Below, in pieces: positions 36,114-51,932 of a DNA stretch of 64,000 bases. A program made the position numbers and the translations under genes. The notes under the pieces are model-generated. The model ran no database searches. It worked only from the letters and a program-made list of their open reading frames with translations, and had not been told where the DNA came from. The stretch lies in the NCBI GenBank assembly GCA_010093815.1, contig ML996571.1. The stretch is one strand, 5' to 3'. This DNA comes from Pseudovirgaria hyperparasitica (lineage: Eukaryota). Every line of letters starts with the position of its first letter. The stretch's first letter is position 1.

Positions 36114-36589
36114 AGTGGAGATTGATGATCTGGTAAGGAGACTTGCAAAGATAACTAGCTTCTCACAGAGACTCAGGACGATTTGTCGATTTCGAATCGC
36201 AGAGAACGAATGAAAGGAATGGGATGGAAGAATCTTGAAGAGGAATTTATTGCGGGAATTTGAAAGGCTTTTGCAGAACAATGGCTCCGCTATTGAACAG
36301 TGTTTGCCAGCAAACAATACAAAGAAGCCAACACGTGACATGCCTCTCCCTCAATGAGACCATTGAGCTGGCTGGAAACAATCCAATCGTCCCAATATCG
36401 TCAATAGAACCTTGTTACAGTTGGTTCTTTGATCGCAAACGACATTGTGCTTACCATGTCCAACGTATGCGCAAGGGGTGCGCATTACTACAATAGTGGT
36501 CGCAGAAAGACTCCAGCTCTAGGCACTCTATAGCGCTGTCTATAGACGCTGAATATATTGGGTATCACTAAGCACTACTCTGCACTCTG

Positions 36590-37182
36590 TCAAGTTTCGA
36601 ACTCCTCCTTCTTCTCCATGTTCGCCGCAACATGTCGCCTCAGCGCAGCCCAGCGGTCTTGCACTGCACCACTCATCTTCTCTTCTGTACTCCTTACGAC
36701 GCCTTCTTCCATAGCCTGTCCGTGTGCCGAAGCCATCGCGGCCATATTCATGCTCATGCGCTGCCGCTCAAGTGCTTCGATTTTCGCTCTCTTCTTCGCC
36801 ACACCCTTCGTGGCTTTCAGACTCGTGGTGCCCTTTTCCTTGCCTGTGCTTGATTTTACCACTCTTGCTTGTCCCACTACCTTACTGGCATTCTCTGGAC
36901 TGACGCCATCATCTGGAAGGGCATCTGCTAAGCTTTCTAGGGTGGCGACGAGTTTCTTATTCGGGCGGCGTCTTTTGGTCACTCTCTGATTAGGTGCTGA
37001 TTTTTGGATCTTAGAGATGAGGACAGAGTGCTTGATAGCTTGCTTGTCTTTCTTGGTAGTGGTAAAGGTGGAGGTAGGTGCAGGGTACGACGACGGACCC
37101 GATGCACGCTTCGCAGTCTTGCGTATGGGAGCCTGTCACAATGAGTGTGCGCACATGCAGAACGCTCTTGGCTACCTACCAT
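36590..37182 (-). CDS. SLX9: Ribosome biogenesis protein SLX9-like (ATG, intron 37179-37133, then APIRK...)
   Basis: TKKDKQAIKHS, KRRRPNKKLVATLESLADALP, RWAALR motifs. Confidence 0.85.
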
Positions 37183-37698
37183 ATGAGTTATTACAGTTCG
37201 GCGAGGTTGTATGACTTGACGTTCTCGAAAGGGTGGGCTTAGAGCTTCGAACTTTTTGGCGCCACTCGCGCTAACATGTTTTAAAAAATCGTGGGGTTTT
37301 AGCCACAAGTCAACGGAGTTCATTCCGTACAGTACAATCTACATCACAGCACATCCAAGAGGGACTTTTAGATGTAATCAAAATCCATAGATCTGCCTCG
37401 GCCGTCATTATTTCGTAGGTTTCGTGTCCTTTCTCTGCTTACCTACAACATACATCATCCTTGCAGGTTTGATAGCATAATCTGCTGGGTCGCAATCGAG
37501 CCAGAGCACTCTAGTGTCGGGCCCGTTCTGGCAGAGGTCTATAAAGCCTCAATTCTTGAGTAGATCCGTCCTTCATAGGGCAGAGCAAGCGACATGATCC
37601 TACCTGCAGGATGCTTTGCGATCTGATCGGCCAGCAGTTCCGTGGAGAGTTCCGCGGAACCAGTATGTGAACTAACCAAAGGAGCTGCACTGAACCTC

Positions 37699-39308
37699 TC
37701 AACCACTGTCGCCACTGCCTTGCATTGGCATCGAAGATGGTTGGCCTCCAGGAGTAGTATTGCTGGAATGCCTCTTCTTCTCTTTCTTCGCCCATCGTAC
37801 TAGAAATATATTAGTGCATCGTGGTTTCGAAAATAGGTGCGGATGACCTTACAACCACAAGCATTGCACAGAGTTTTGGGTCCGTTGGGACCTTTTCTCC
37901 ACTCTGGCGAGTCAAGCGTCCCGCAATCCGTGCATACATACTCATCCGCGACTTTCAATTTCTTCTTCTTGTCCGAAGACCCGCGGTTGTCTTTATCGAC
38001 AAGTATAGCGATACCTGCGTCTCCACGAATAAGCTGCGGGCTGGTGTCACCAGTGCTTATGCCTTTCGCCCTTTCCCCGTCCCTGTAGTGTAGACCTGTG
38101 AGCATTTCGATTGTTTCAATGTGTGTTGCTCCCTCGTAGCGCGCCATCTTATCGTTGATACTATCCGGCTTGGAGGCTGCCAGAGCTTCGTCCAAGTTCT
38201 GTCGCGTGAGAGCCGTATTCGAGATAGTCGGCTTGGCTGGAGGAGGCATGCCGTTATATTGAGCCATGTTGTCGCTCACTGACCGTTTTCCAGTTCGAGT
38301 TTCCGATACGCTTGTGCTGGTGGGACCAGTCTTACTCTCCGCATAGGCTCGGTCAGCGGCCTCATTTTCTTCCTGTTCTTCCCGTTTCAGTTCGGCTATC
38401 CGTTTCATTAGTCGCTCATTTTCGATCTTGTGCTCGAGGAACGAGTCGAGCAGAGCAGCATTCTTAGTCGGGTATGGCCTAGCCATCATGAAGAACCCTC
38501 TACAATAAGTATGGCCTCCATGTGTACCAAGAGCCACCGGCTCTGAACTCAGATGCGCATGTCCATGCGATTCAAATATTACATATGTCCCATCTTCTTT
38601 GCGAAAGCGGTAGAAGAACCGCAGACTGTTTCCGGACGCGATAGCCTCGTTGAACTCTTTGATGTATATACCACTGTCATCGGGATGCACGTATTCGTTT
38701 ATGAAGTGGCCAAGCAGTTGGCCATGGTCGTACCCAGTAAGCTGTTTTGCAGAAGGCGAAACATAAAGAATACGGCCATCAGGAGTGAGGATATGGAGAA
38801 AGTCCCGTATTTCTTCTAGGACGCGCTGGGACCAGTTACGGCGCTTCGTAAACTCGGTCAAGGTGCTGCCGGACAAGTTTGGATTTTGCATGCCATAGCC
38901 CGTCGGCAGCGGACCGGCGCCAATGTCATTCATGTTACCGCCGTGCATTGCGAAGGCATGGCCAGGGTCGGTTGACGAAGCGTGAGGCATAGAGCCATGG
39001 GCGGCGGAATGGCCGTTGTACGGGTAGACTGACTGGGATTGAGAATCGGGATCGAGCGATGACAAGTCAAGGTCCATGGGTAGCAAGTCATTGTCCATGG
39101 ACTGCATCATGCTCATGCCTTGTTCGTCGTCCATCATGACCCTCGAAGGATTGCCGGACATCTAGCAATCGAAGATTAGTTGTCATACCGGGCTGGCGAA
39201 AGACGCGACACGGACGTGAGCATAGGCACGAGCTGTGAGGCTAATAGTAAGAGGTGTGATGGGACGACTTACATCGCCCTGCATAGTGGAGCCATTATGG
39301 TGGTACAT
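37699..39308 (-). CDS. wc-2: White collar 2 (PAS domain plus GATA zinc finger); introns 39272-39162 and 37852-37800
   Basis: [14 protein letters not shown] domain; [33 protein letters not shown] after splicing; short first exon [12 protein letters not shown] inferred. Confidence 0.95.
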
Positions 39309-39820
39309 GGCGGGCTCTGGACTCCTAGGTCACGCCAGACGGTAGGCAAATCTTGGGAGACATGCAACGGAAAAGGCCGCCGATGCGAGGTTCTCCAGGG
39401 CTGGCGAGCAATGATCGAGGTGCTGTTGATGGGCCAAGTTGATGCTGGCGATATGATGCGCATTTACAGCGGGGAACTGAGATCATGAAGAGCTCCTGCG
39501 CCTCTAGCGGCGCCATTTTGGCCTTCTGCCTTCTTTTTCCCATCAGCATTTTCGCTTTCCCATATCTGGCTGGGGCGAAGGTCTAGTAAACTGTCAATCA
39601 CTGCCGATCGGGGCATAGTCGGCACGTGGGTCTCTTTCGATCGACCGTCTTCCGTCACGTGCTGACGTGTCACCATCGTCGCGTCTTCGTAAGGCGACAG
39701 GCTGGTCAGAGCTCACGTCACGTCTCTCTCCAACTGCGGAAGGTGAAGGGTATTTTGTCGCAAAGAGCTGAGGGAGACGACAGACTGACAGCAGCCAGCG
39801 CTAGAGACTGATCTCTCAGG

Positions 39821-42800
39821 ATGTCGAGCATAGCAAAGCTCTCTATACAGGGCGTCCGGTCGTTTGACGACAAGCGCCCGGAGATTATCGAGTTTGGCAC
39901 GCCACTCACTCTTATTGTTGGCTACAATGGATCCGGGAAGACGACAATCATTGAATGTCTCAAGTATGCTACAATGGGGGACCTCCCGCCCAACAGCACG
40001 CGTGGTGGAGCCTTCATCCACGATCCAAAGCTTGCTGGTGAGAAAGAGGTGTTGGCGCAGGTCAAGTTGTCATTCAGATCCACAAAGGGCGTGAAGATGG
40101 TCGCCACTCGAAATCTCCAACTGCAGCTCAAGAAGACCACAAGAACGCAGAAAACGTTAGAGGGCCAATTGATGATGGTTCAAAATGGCGAACGTACGTC
40201 CATTTCAACGCGTGTCGCAGAGCTTGATCAGATCATGCCCCAATATCTAGGTGTGTCTAAAGCTATACTGGATTCTGTGATATTTTGCCACCAGGACGAG
40301 AGTTTGTGGCCTATGGCTGAGCCTGGGTCTCTCAAGAAACGTTTCGATGAAATCTTTGAAGCACAGAAATACACCAAAGCAATTGATAACATCAAAATCT
40401 TACGTAAGAAGCAGCAAGAAGAACTACTGCAGTACAAGACAGTCGAGCGGTTTGCCAAGGAGGACAAAGACAAAGGAGAAAGGGCCGAGAAACGGTCGTC
40501 AGAACTCTATGAAGAGCTCATGAAAATGCGAGCAGAGTACGAGGCGGGCGAGATCGAAGTGGCGGAACTGCAACGCAAGACGGAAGAGGCTTACCAGATG
40601 GCTGCGAAATTCGAAAAGACTGTCGCTCGGTTAGAGGGAAAACGAATTGAAGCATCCGCGATCGAACGTAATGTCGTCTCGCTCCGAGAGAACATGAAAG
40701 AGATGGAAGACACAGATGAGGAACTGCAGTCTCATCTTGATAGGTACCAGGAGCGTATAGCACTCTATCGAGACGAAGCCGAAGTCCATCGTCAGCGGTA
40801 CTCGGAACTCTCACACGAGCTTGACGAGAAGCGCAAAGCTTTGAGTTTAAAACAGCATGAAATCGGGAAATATGAAGCCCAGAAAGACCACCATGACCGT
40901 CAGGTCAAACAACGCGAGACATTGATCAAGGAAACATCAAGGCGTCACAACATCCGAGGCTTTGAGCTAGACATCACGGACAAACACGTCATGGACTTTG
41001 TGGAACGCCTTGGAAAGCTAGCTCGTGATTCCAATACGGCATTCGAAAAGGCCCGCAGAGAGATGCATGAGGAACTGCAGCAAGCACAAGAAATACTCAG
41101 TCAACATAGTGAACGAAAATCAGCTCTCAATCAAAGCAAAGAGAACTGTAGGATTCAGATCGGATCGAATGATGGGCGAGTGGCGACTCTACAGAAAGAT
41201 ATGAATAAGATATCAATCGACGAGGGAAGTAAAGCTGTTCTTGAATCGACAGTCGAAGATCTGCAAGTTCGACTGGAAAAGGCCCAGACGGAGGAGGCGA
41301 GCACGGATTGGGACTCCCAGATTGGTGATTGCAACCGAAAGCTCCGAGAAGTAGAAGAGAGCAAAGAAAGATTCGACACGGAGCTTTATGAGGCGACAGC
41401 CAAGGCTGGCGAATCTGCCCGGCTCGACCTATTAGTGAAGGATCAGAAAGACCGACAGTGCAGCCTAGATTCGATGAGAGGAGCCTACGACAAGAAGCTT
41501 GGTTCTTTACTAGGTCAGGAAGTAAATCCTTCCACGCTCGAAGATGTGTTTCAATCGGAGCTGAAGATCAAAGTCAATGATTGCATAGATGCTGAGGCCC
41601 AGCGAGATGGGGTGGCGCGCGAGGTCGAACAACTCGATTTCAAGCTTGCAACAGCCCAAAAAAGCCTCAAACAGAAACAAGCAGAAGTCAGACGATGTGC
41701 GGATATGGTCCAGCGCGCCCTGAGCAATGGTGAGCCTGTTGAGGATCTCCCCTCTGTTCTAGACGACCTTGAGCTCAATTTGAAAGTGCTCAGAGATGAT
41801 GCTAAGAGTTATGAGGTGACGGCTCAATATTGGAATAAGTGTATGGAGTTTTTCAATAAGCACAAGGCATGTGAACTTTGCAAAAAAGGTATCAAGGAGG
41901 GGAGAGAAACAGACAAATTCCTGGAAGAACTTCAGAAACGTATCCGCAAATGCTCTACCCAGGAAGGTGAATCTGTGGCGGCAGAGTTGAAGGAGGCTGA
42001 AAGTGAAATAGAGGTGGTGAGAAACGCCAGACCAGCCTACGAGACATGGTTTCGCCTCAAGAATGACGAGATTCCACCATTACTCTCGGAGGTAGAGGCG
42101 CTAAACAAGAAAAGGCAACAGCTTGTCATCAAGCAAGAGGAACATGACTCAATTCTCAAGGAGAAAGACGACGAGCGGCGTGATTTTGAGACATACACCA
42201 AGACGGTCCAGCAGATCACCAAATATCACGCTGATATAGTCACTTTCAAGAAGCAGATTGAAGAGGTTTCTGCAAAGCAATCTCAGATTGGTGCATCAAG
42301 AGGCCTCGAACTGATCAAGGACGACCTAAAGGGAGCAAATGACCAAGCACGAGGGCTAAGGTCCACTCTGACACAGCTTCAGGGAGATCGCGAGAGATCT
42401 CGAACCACAATTAGTGCGCTTGAGCTCGAGGTCAGCAATACCAGATCAAAGCTCAGCACAGCAGCATACCAGCTGAAAGAGAAGGCCAATCTGCAATCAC
42501 AAATTGAAGACTTGCGAAAGCAGAATGATGTACAGCGGGAGCAGATTAAGGAATTGAGTCGTGAGCTACAGGCTTTGGCCCCCAAAATTGAGCAGGCACA
42601 GATCAAATACAACGATATCAAACAGCGAGGAGATGACAAGCAGCGTGAGCTTCAGCAAGAAGCAGCGAAGCTTTCTGATAGTCTACATCAGCTGAAGTCG
42701 GCTAATGATGAGATCAACGCATACGTCGATCGAGGAGGCGACCAGTCTCTCGCCCGTACCCGCCGAGAGATCGAAAACCTGGAGAACGATGTGAAAGGGA

Positions 42801-43807
42801 TCGATGAAGAGATACGAAAGACGGCCAAGGATGTAAAGAAGATTGAGGAGAGCTTGCGCAACACAGATGAAACCAAGCGCGCCATTAACGATAACTTACG
42901 CTACAGGCGTGGCGCCAGAGATCTCGAGAGCGTCCTGAAGGAAGTCTCAGACCTCGAGGCTGAGAACGCTGAAGCAGATATGGCTAGGTATGATGACGAG
43001 GGCTCAACATGGGGCAGGAAGCGCGACAAACTGTCAGGTGCACAGTCGATCCTGATGGGTGCGATGCAGTCGAAAGACGAGCAGCTACAAGGGCTTATCA
43101 AAGACTGGGAGACGGATTACAAGGACGCCAAATACAAGTACAAGGAGGCCCATATCAAAGTAGAAACGACCAAAGCTGCAGTCGAGGACCTGGGTCGATA
43201 CGGCGGGGCTCTGGACAAAGCCATCATGAAATTCCATACAATGAAGATGGAAGAGATCAATCGAATTGTCGACGAGCTTTGGCGAAACACGTATCAAGGG
43301 ACCGACGTCGACACAATCATGATTCGATCGGACAATGAGACGCTCAAGGGCAATAAGTCTTACAACTACCGTGTAGTAATGGTCAAACAGGATGTTGAGA
43401 TGGATATGCGTGGGCGTTGTAGTGCTGGGCAGAAGATGCTTGCTAGCATTATTATCCGACTCGCTCTCGCCGAATGTTTTGGTGTCAACTGCGGTTTGAT
43501 TGCACTGGACGAACCGACGACAAATCTCGACCGCGACAACATCCGATCTCTAGCACAGTCGCTTGCGCAGATTATCAAAGTTCGTCGGCAACAAGCCAAT
43601 TTCCAGCTGATTATCATCACGCACGACGATGAGTTCCTTGATTACATGCAGTGCGGAGATTTTGCAGATGTATACTTCCGGGTCTCTCGCGATGAGAAGC
43701 AGAAGTCGCAAATCCGCAAACAGCAAATTAGCAACGTAAGTCATCATGGAGCGTGACTGTGGTCCTGGAAACTAAGTTGATTTGATATGCAGGTGCGACT
43801 CGGTTGA
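39821..43807 (+). CDS. RAD50: DNA repair protein RAD50; terminal intron 43736-43792
   Basis: Walker A GYNGSGKT, Q-loop FCHQD, long coiled coil with CELC zinc hook, signature CSAGQ, Walker B LDEPTTNLD, H-loop ITH. Confidence 0.98.
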
Positions 43808-45949
43808 CGTGCTAGGTGGGCGTTCTTCATAACGTGTCACGGCCGATACATTCATGTCTTTCTATCTCTGTTCTGGACTCCTAGAGCGTGGTCAAATGTG
43901 TTACGAACAGTTACGGACTATCGACTGTGGCGCAACAGGGGCATTTTCTGTGGTGTGGCGTAGCATTTCAGTTCTGCATTTTCGAGGCGTTCTAGGCTCT
44001 TGCAACAAGGCAAACCCGATCTTCTTATCTATTGTCTACGCGCTGAAACAATACATTGTCGGTGCTAATACGTAGATGATAGCCCCATGTATTATCATCA
44101 TCTATCTCGACGCCATGTAGGCTGTCGCCGTTGCGCGGTATACCGTGGCTGCTCCACCGAACCTCCAACCCCGCAAACATGCACCAAGCCGTCCCTGACA
44201 TGGACCTGACAGCGGCAAGCCCTCGTAACGCCATTCCAAGCCGTCTCGAAGACTTTGACACATGCTGGAGTTGCAACATTGCGACTCTTCTCTCGTATGT
44301 GACCCGAAGTACACCATGAAAGGATGCCCAGGAATGCGTCATCATAAGGCTTCGTACATCCCATCCATATCTCAACATATTTGCGGATACAGCCGGATCA
44401 CATTCTTTACGAGCATCGCATAGCTCGTGTGACCGAGACATGCGAACAACGACAGCGAAGTTACACCGACCGATCCTATCACGGTCGTCGCTCTGCGCGC
44501 AGTGACCCGCTGGGGCTTGTCTATGTATCCCAGTCACCATCTTCCTGGTCTTTGGGTCTCCTCGTCTCTCGGTCTCTGTCTCTGTCCCCTCAATCCCACT
44601 GATACCCCGCGAACAATGGCTTAGAAGTCATCCAGCTGACCAGTGCTAGCCTGCTGTCGTGGCCGACGATGTGGATAGCTTCGTCCACCAGAAAGCGGGG
44701 GAAGTGAGTAGTGATCACAGTCACGGTCGCATTCAATCACGTTGACATCGGCATCTTGGAAGCAGAGGCAGAAGCAGAAGCAGAAGCAGAAACATGGACA
44801 GATCCGAGGGCCGATCATAGTTTACGCCTTCGGCGGCCCCTGACGACCACCAGCCAATCAACGTACGAGATCAAAGCGGATATGGGGTCGTTGGGCTTGC
44901 TGAGGCGCACCTTGGCGCGCATATTCAGGGCCGCGTGGCGCAACTCTGTGACCGCGACCATAAGCTTGTTTTCATTTTGGGTTACCCGCATGGATATCAT
45001 TAATCACCACCGAAAGATTTTGCTTGCTTCTGCATTCTGCTTTGAAAACTCCGCTCACTTACTTGACGTTGATGGCGCGGTTGGGCCTTGGCCTAGTTCT
45101 TGGGAGACAAGATCCTGACCCCCTACAGCCAGCACGCATGATGATGACCTCCGCGAAAAGCTGCATTACAGGAACAAGGGGTAGGGGGGCTGAATTCTAT
45201 CTACTGTTTGCTATCGTGTTGTTTATAGTGGTATCCAAGGCTAACACGACATGATACTCTAGTGCTTGTGCCCGTGCACACCTCACCAGTCAAAGTATCC
45301 ATGCTTGGCTCCAGTGATGCTTGCGGCAGAGTGGATCTTTGGAATCAGCACGGTCACGCTGATGCTCGCAACTGTGTCTAAAGCGCCGGAATTACCATCA
45401 TTACTATGGTCGCCTCAAAGCTCCGGATCTAGACAACCCGCGTGCTGGCGATCAGCACGCTTCCTCCCGCTCCTCACTGTGCTCTCCAGCGTATCAAAGG
45501 CCACTCTCGGCGCCGAGGTCATATGGTACGCAGTCAACGGCGTGAGCGTGCTCCAAGAATTTTTGCTCCAACGACAAGGTTTGGAGCAAGCAGATCGCCA
45601 TCCTTGTTAATACATTAGGGGGTCTACCCATTTTAGCTCTGCCGAATATCACCTAAGAATTCTTCGACTTCCCCTTGAAATCAAGCTGTGTGCTTGCTCC
45701 CCCGTTCCGCTCGGGATATAATCGTCGCATCTCTCCTGAGCCCATTGCTAAGTTTAGGCTTCCCGTGTGCTCTGTTGCATAAAGCTTTCTGTTGTCGCAC
45801 TCCAGCCCTGTTCTTGTCACGTCACGTCACGAGCACCGGGTCCTTTCGTCTGTGGCCGTAAGTGCGAGCTACGAAGCCTATAAGGACGCCTTCTCTTGAC
45901 TGTCGATCCAACCTCACGTCCATCGACACAAGCCACTTTCTCTTACAGC

Positions 45950-47369
<1,420 letters not shown>

Positions 47370-48026
47370 ACGGTCGTGTGGTGAGGATGAATATAAAAAC
47401 GACGTCCAGCCATGTTGAAAACAGTGCTCTTGGTGGGCGGTCGACACTCGCTTGGATGGAGCTGGTGGTACATTGCTTATTGCATATGAGCGTGGCATTT
47501 TACACTGGACATTTGAAACAACATTTACGATACCCACTCGCTTAATTTCTGTATATATGTTGACTTGCTTCTGGGAGGCGGTACTTGCACATAGTCTACA
47601 TACGATATCTATTACATTTCCTTTGTTTATCTCGCGACCCTGTTCCTAATGAAAGGTTGTGGATATTTGTCTGCCTGACCGACTCATTTGCCGGTGTGGC
47701 TGACTCGGGGCCAAAACAAGTACCGAGAAGAATCCTGGTACCACCTGAGATACCTACACCGAACGCCTCACTACCCCACCCGCAACACCTCGTAAGCTGA
47801 TGAGATGGAGTGGTCAGGCCATTCAATTGTCCGCTGGACTTTACAAGCCCGAATAAAGACATCATCAGGCAAGGGGGTCTGCCTCATTTGCCGTCATTGT
47901 CTATTCCTATTCTCAACACCTCTTACATAACCTGTCTGGCCATCACTAGTCTCTCGAAGCCCATTGAGCTCTAGACACTGGGTGTATGATTCTCGTCTGT
48001 CTACGACAACCGTCAGTCTCGTTAAT

Positions 48027-49338
48027 ATGAACTCCCTCAACATGACGCGGGAAATGCAAGACGAGCTCGCAGCTGTACGCCCTCTGCTCTGGTACTCCTC
48101 ACATCCACTCACTCCTCACAGGCCACATCATTCCACTCCTCGCCCAATCGCGGCGCCTCGGTGCCCCAGCTATCTGCAATTCCTGAGCAACGCATGTCTA
48201 TCTCAGAATGGCGCGCCAAGATGGGCATCGACCCTGCCAACCAGATCAAGCTTGTCAAGCTCTCTCACATGCGCTACCAGCATCCCGACCTGGCCAAGAT
48301 CACAACATTTCTGCGGCATTTTGGCATGAGCGTGGCGGCAAAGACGGAGACAAAGTTGTGGTATAAGGGTTATGGGACGGATCAATACGTGTACTACGCA
48401 CAGTACGGTGAGAAGAAGTTTCTGGGTGGCTGTTTTGAGGTTGAGAGTTTTGCGGATCTGGAGAAGTATGTACTCTGCCACTCCTGGCTGAAGGGAGAAA
48501 AGGGATGTGCTAACGTGACTTTGGGACAGAGCCGCAACTCTACCAAACGCGACTGAAATACAAAAAATAGACGACGCGCCGGGAGGAGGATACATGAGGT
48601 CCTTTACAGATCCAGAGGGCTTCCAGGTGAATCTCATATACGGCCAGACGCCCAAGGAAGCAGGCCAGCAACCCGAAGTCCTCGTGACAAACTACGAGCA
48701 AGACAAGCCACGCAAAGCCCGTTTCCAGAGATTCACGCTCGGCCCGGCCGAAGTACACAAGGTAGACTCCATCCCTCAACATGATCATCCTGCAGCAACT
48801 CAAGTATTCTTTTCAGCTCGGCCACTTCGGTCTCTGCGTCACCGACTTCGCCGCCCAAGCCGACTTCTACCTGCGCACCTTCAACCTCGTACCCACCGAT
48901 TTCCTCTACGCCGACCTCAGGGCGCTCGAAGACCGCGAAGACGTCGCCCTTCCGAAACCCGAAGACCGCAAAGACGTCGCCCTCTTCGCGCACATCGACC
49001 GCGGCAGCACCTACGTCGACCATCACACCTTCTTCATGACCGACAGTGCGACCTCCCACGTCCACCACTGCTCCTTTGAGGTGCACGATTTCGACAGTCA
49101 GAACCTGGGCCACGAGTGGCTTGCGCAAGAGGGGTACGAGAGCGTGTGGGGCGTCGGCAGACATGTTCTAGGCAGTCAGATTTTCGACTACTGGTGGGAC
49201 ACGACTGGGAACATGATTGAGCATTACACGGATGGCGATTTGGTTAATGAGGACACTCCGATTGGGTGGGCTCTGGCGCGGGGCGATACGGATCTAGCAG
49301 TGTGGGGACCGGATCCTCCGAAGTGGTTTCTGGCATAG
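48027..49338 (+). CDS. Two-domain VOC/glyoxalase-fold extradiol dioxygenase (trihydroxytoluene-oxygenase-like); introns 48075-48121, 48466-48529, 48762-48816
   Basis: KLSHMRYQHPDL, HKLGHFG, HVHHCSFEVHDFD, WGVGRHVLGSQIFDYW, IEHYTDGD; first exon inferred. Confidence 0.88.
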
Positions 49339-50879
49339 GCTGTTTTGTGTTGTGGTGTTGTGGTTTGTGGTGTGGTGTTGTGAGAGAGTCCGGGGGGGAA
49401 TCGATCTTGCGGATTGAGGAGTTGAGACTTTGGGCGTTGTTCTTCGGTCACCGACGCGGCAAGATAGGTGATACAGGGGATGTATGAATGAAGACGAATC
49501 TTCTCGTTTTACGCCGCACCGACCGGAACTCAATGTATATTGAAGAACAAAATACACAAAATATTGTCCATCCGTCTATCCGTATCGATATCAATACCCT
49601 CTTCAACAAACAGACAAACAAACAAACAAACAAACATACACAGACATACAACAGCCAAGACAGTGAAGTATGATGCGACGAGAGTAAGGCATCCAAAAAT
49701 AAACAAGAAATCAGGCTTTGAAATGAATAGGTGCGTCTAATAGTGTTTGTCTAGGCGAGTGACGAAGGAGAGCGCGCTGTGTAGAGTGAAGATTGTTTCA
49801 TGGTGCTCAGCACGGAATGCGTTGTATCCGAAGAAAAAGAATGTTGTCTGGGTGTATATGCTTGACGAGAGAATGGAGAGCGATGTGCTGTGTGCTGTGT
49901 GCTGTATGCTGGATGTGCTTAAGACGACATGAAATCATGGAGCGGACTAGATCAGATGCATCCTGAGATCAGACAGGTGCACATACACGGATTCGCACTC
50001 AGCACTCGCGAAGTAATCGTCTTTCTCTTCTAACACACTGCTAGGGTAAGTACCTAAGGTATAAAGGAAGCGACGACGACGACGAAGAAAGACCCACAGT
50101 CTCTTGCTCTAAAAAGCGTCCATAAACCGAGTGGCTCCAGGTGCTCTCCTCCCACATACCAATACAACATTGTCCTTTCTTTCCTTCGTAGGCAGTCTTC
50201 TTTGTCAAAAGTTGGGGGTACGTGGGATCTGAAAGGCGATTCCTATCGATCACTGAGATACCGTCTCATATGTCATCGTGCTAATTTATCTTGCCAACCC
50301 CCGAAAAATAAAAATTATGGAGGATGCGAGATGGCTACCGCAGTAGTGTGGTTCTTGGTTGTAGGATCGTCTTAAAGCTCGCTCTCCGGGTCGGGTGGCA
50401 TTCTTGTATGTGCCTGTGTATGAGACGGGCGTCCTGTTTCATGGTGATGAGCAGCGAAGAGATGGCAGCACTACTGAAGGGCGACTTACGTGGCCTCACA
50501 AGGAATTCCACAGTTGCCTGGATCTCAGGCTGACGTATGCGTAACCTTAACGACATGCAAGAATAGGATAGTCGTGTAGGAACGATACCATGGAACTTTG
50601 GGCAGACATTTGAGAGAATACAAACAGTGACAAGAGTGACTGAAACAGCTAAAGACCCTGTGGTTTATGACACGTGTTCCAGCCAGGTTGGTATACATAG
50701 AACAAGTAGCAAAACTGAAACCAGAGCACAAATGGGATCTTAGAGGCTTGAAATTGTGAATCTAAAAGCCAGGAAAAGTAACACTACGCTCGTTCCTTTC
50801 AAAGACAGGGTATTCCATGAATCTGCCTTACCGAGTAGGTTCATGGGAACATATGTTCTAAGCACTACAGCCCGTATCA

Positions 50880-51932
<1,053 letters not shown>

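Noticed and set aside
43850..45610. Gene between RAD50 and the glucanase
   Set aside because: Several short ORFs, a (GCAGAA)n repeat and a few splice-like sites, but no recognisable domain or consistent model
49340..49910. GT-rich, (AAAC)n and (TGTGC)n tracts
   Set aside because: Ordinary microsatellites in 3' intergenic DNA
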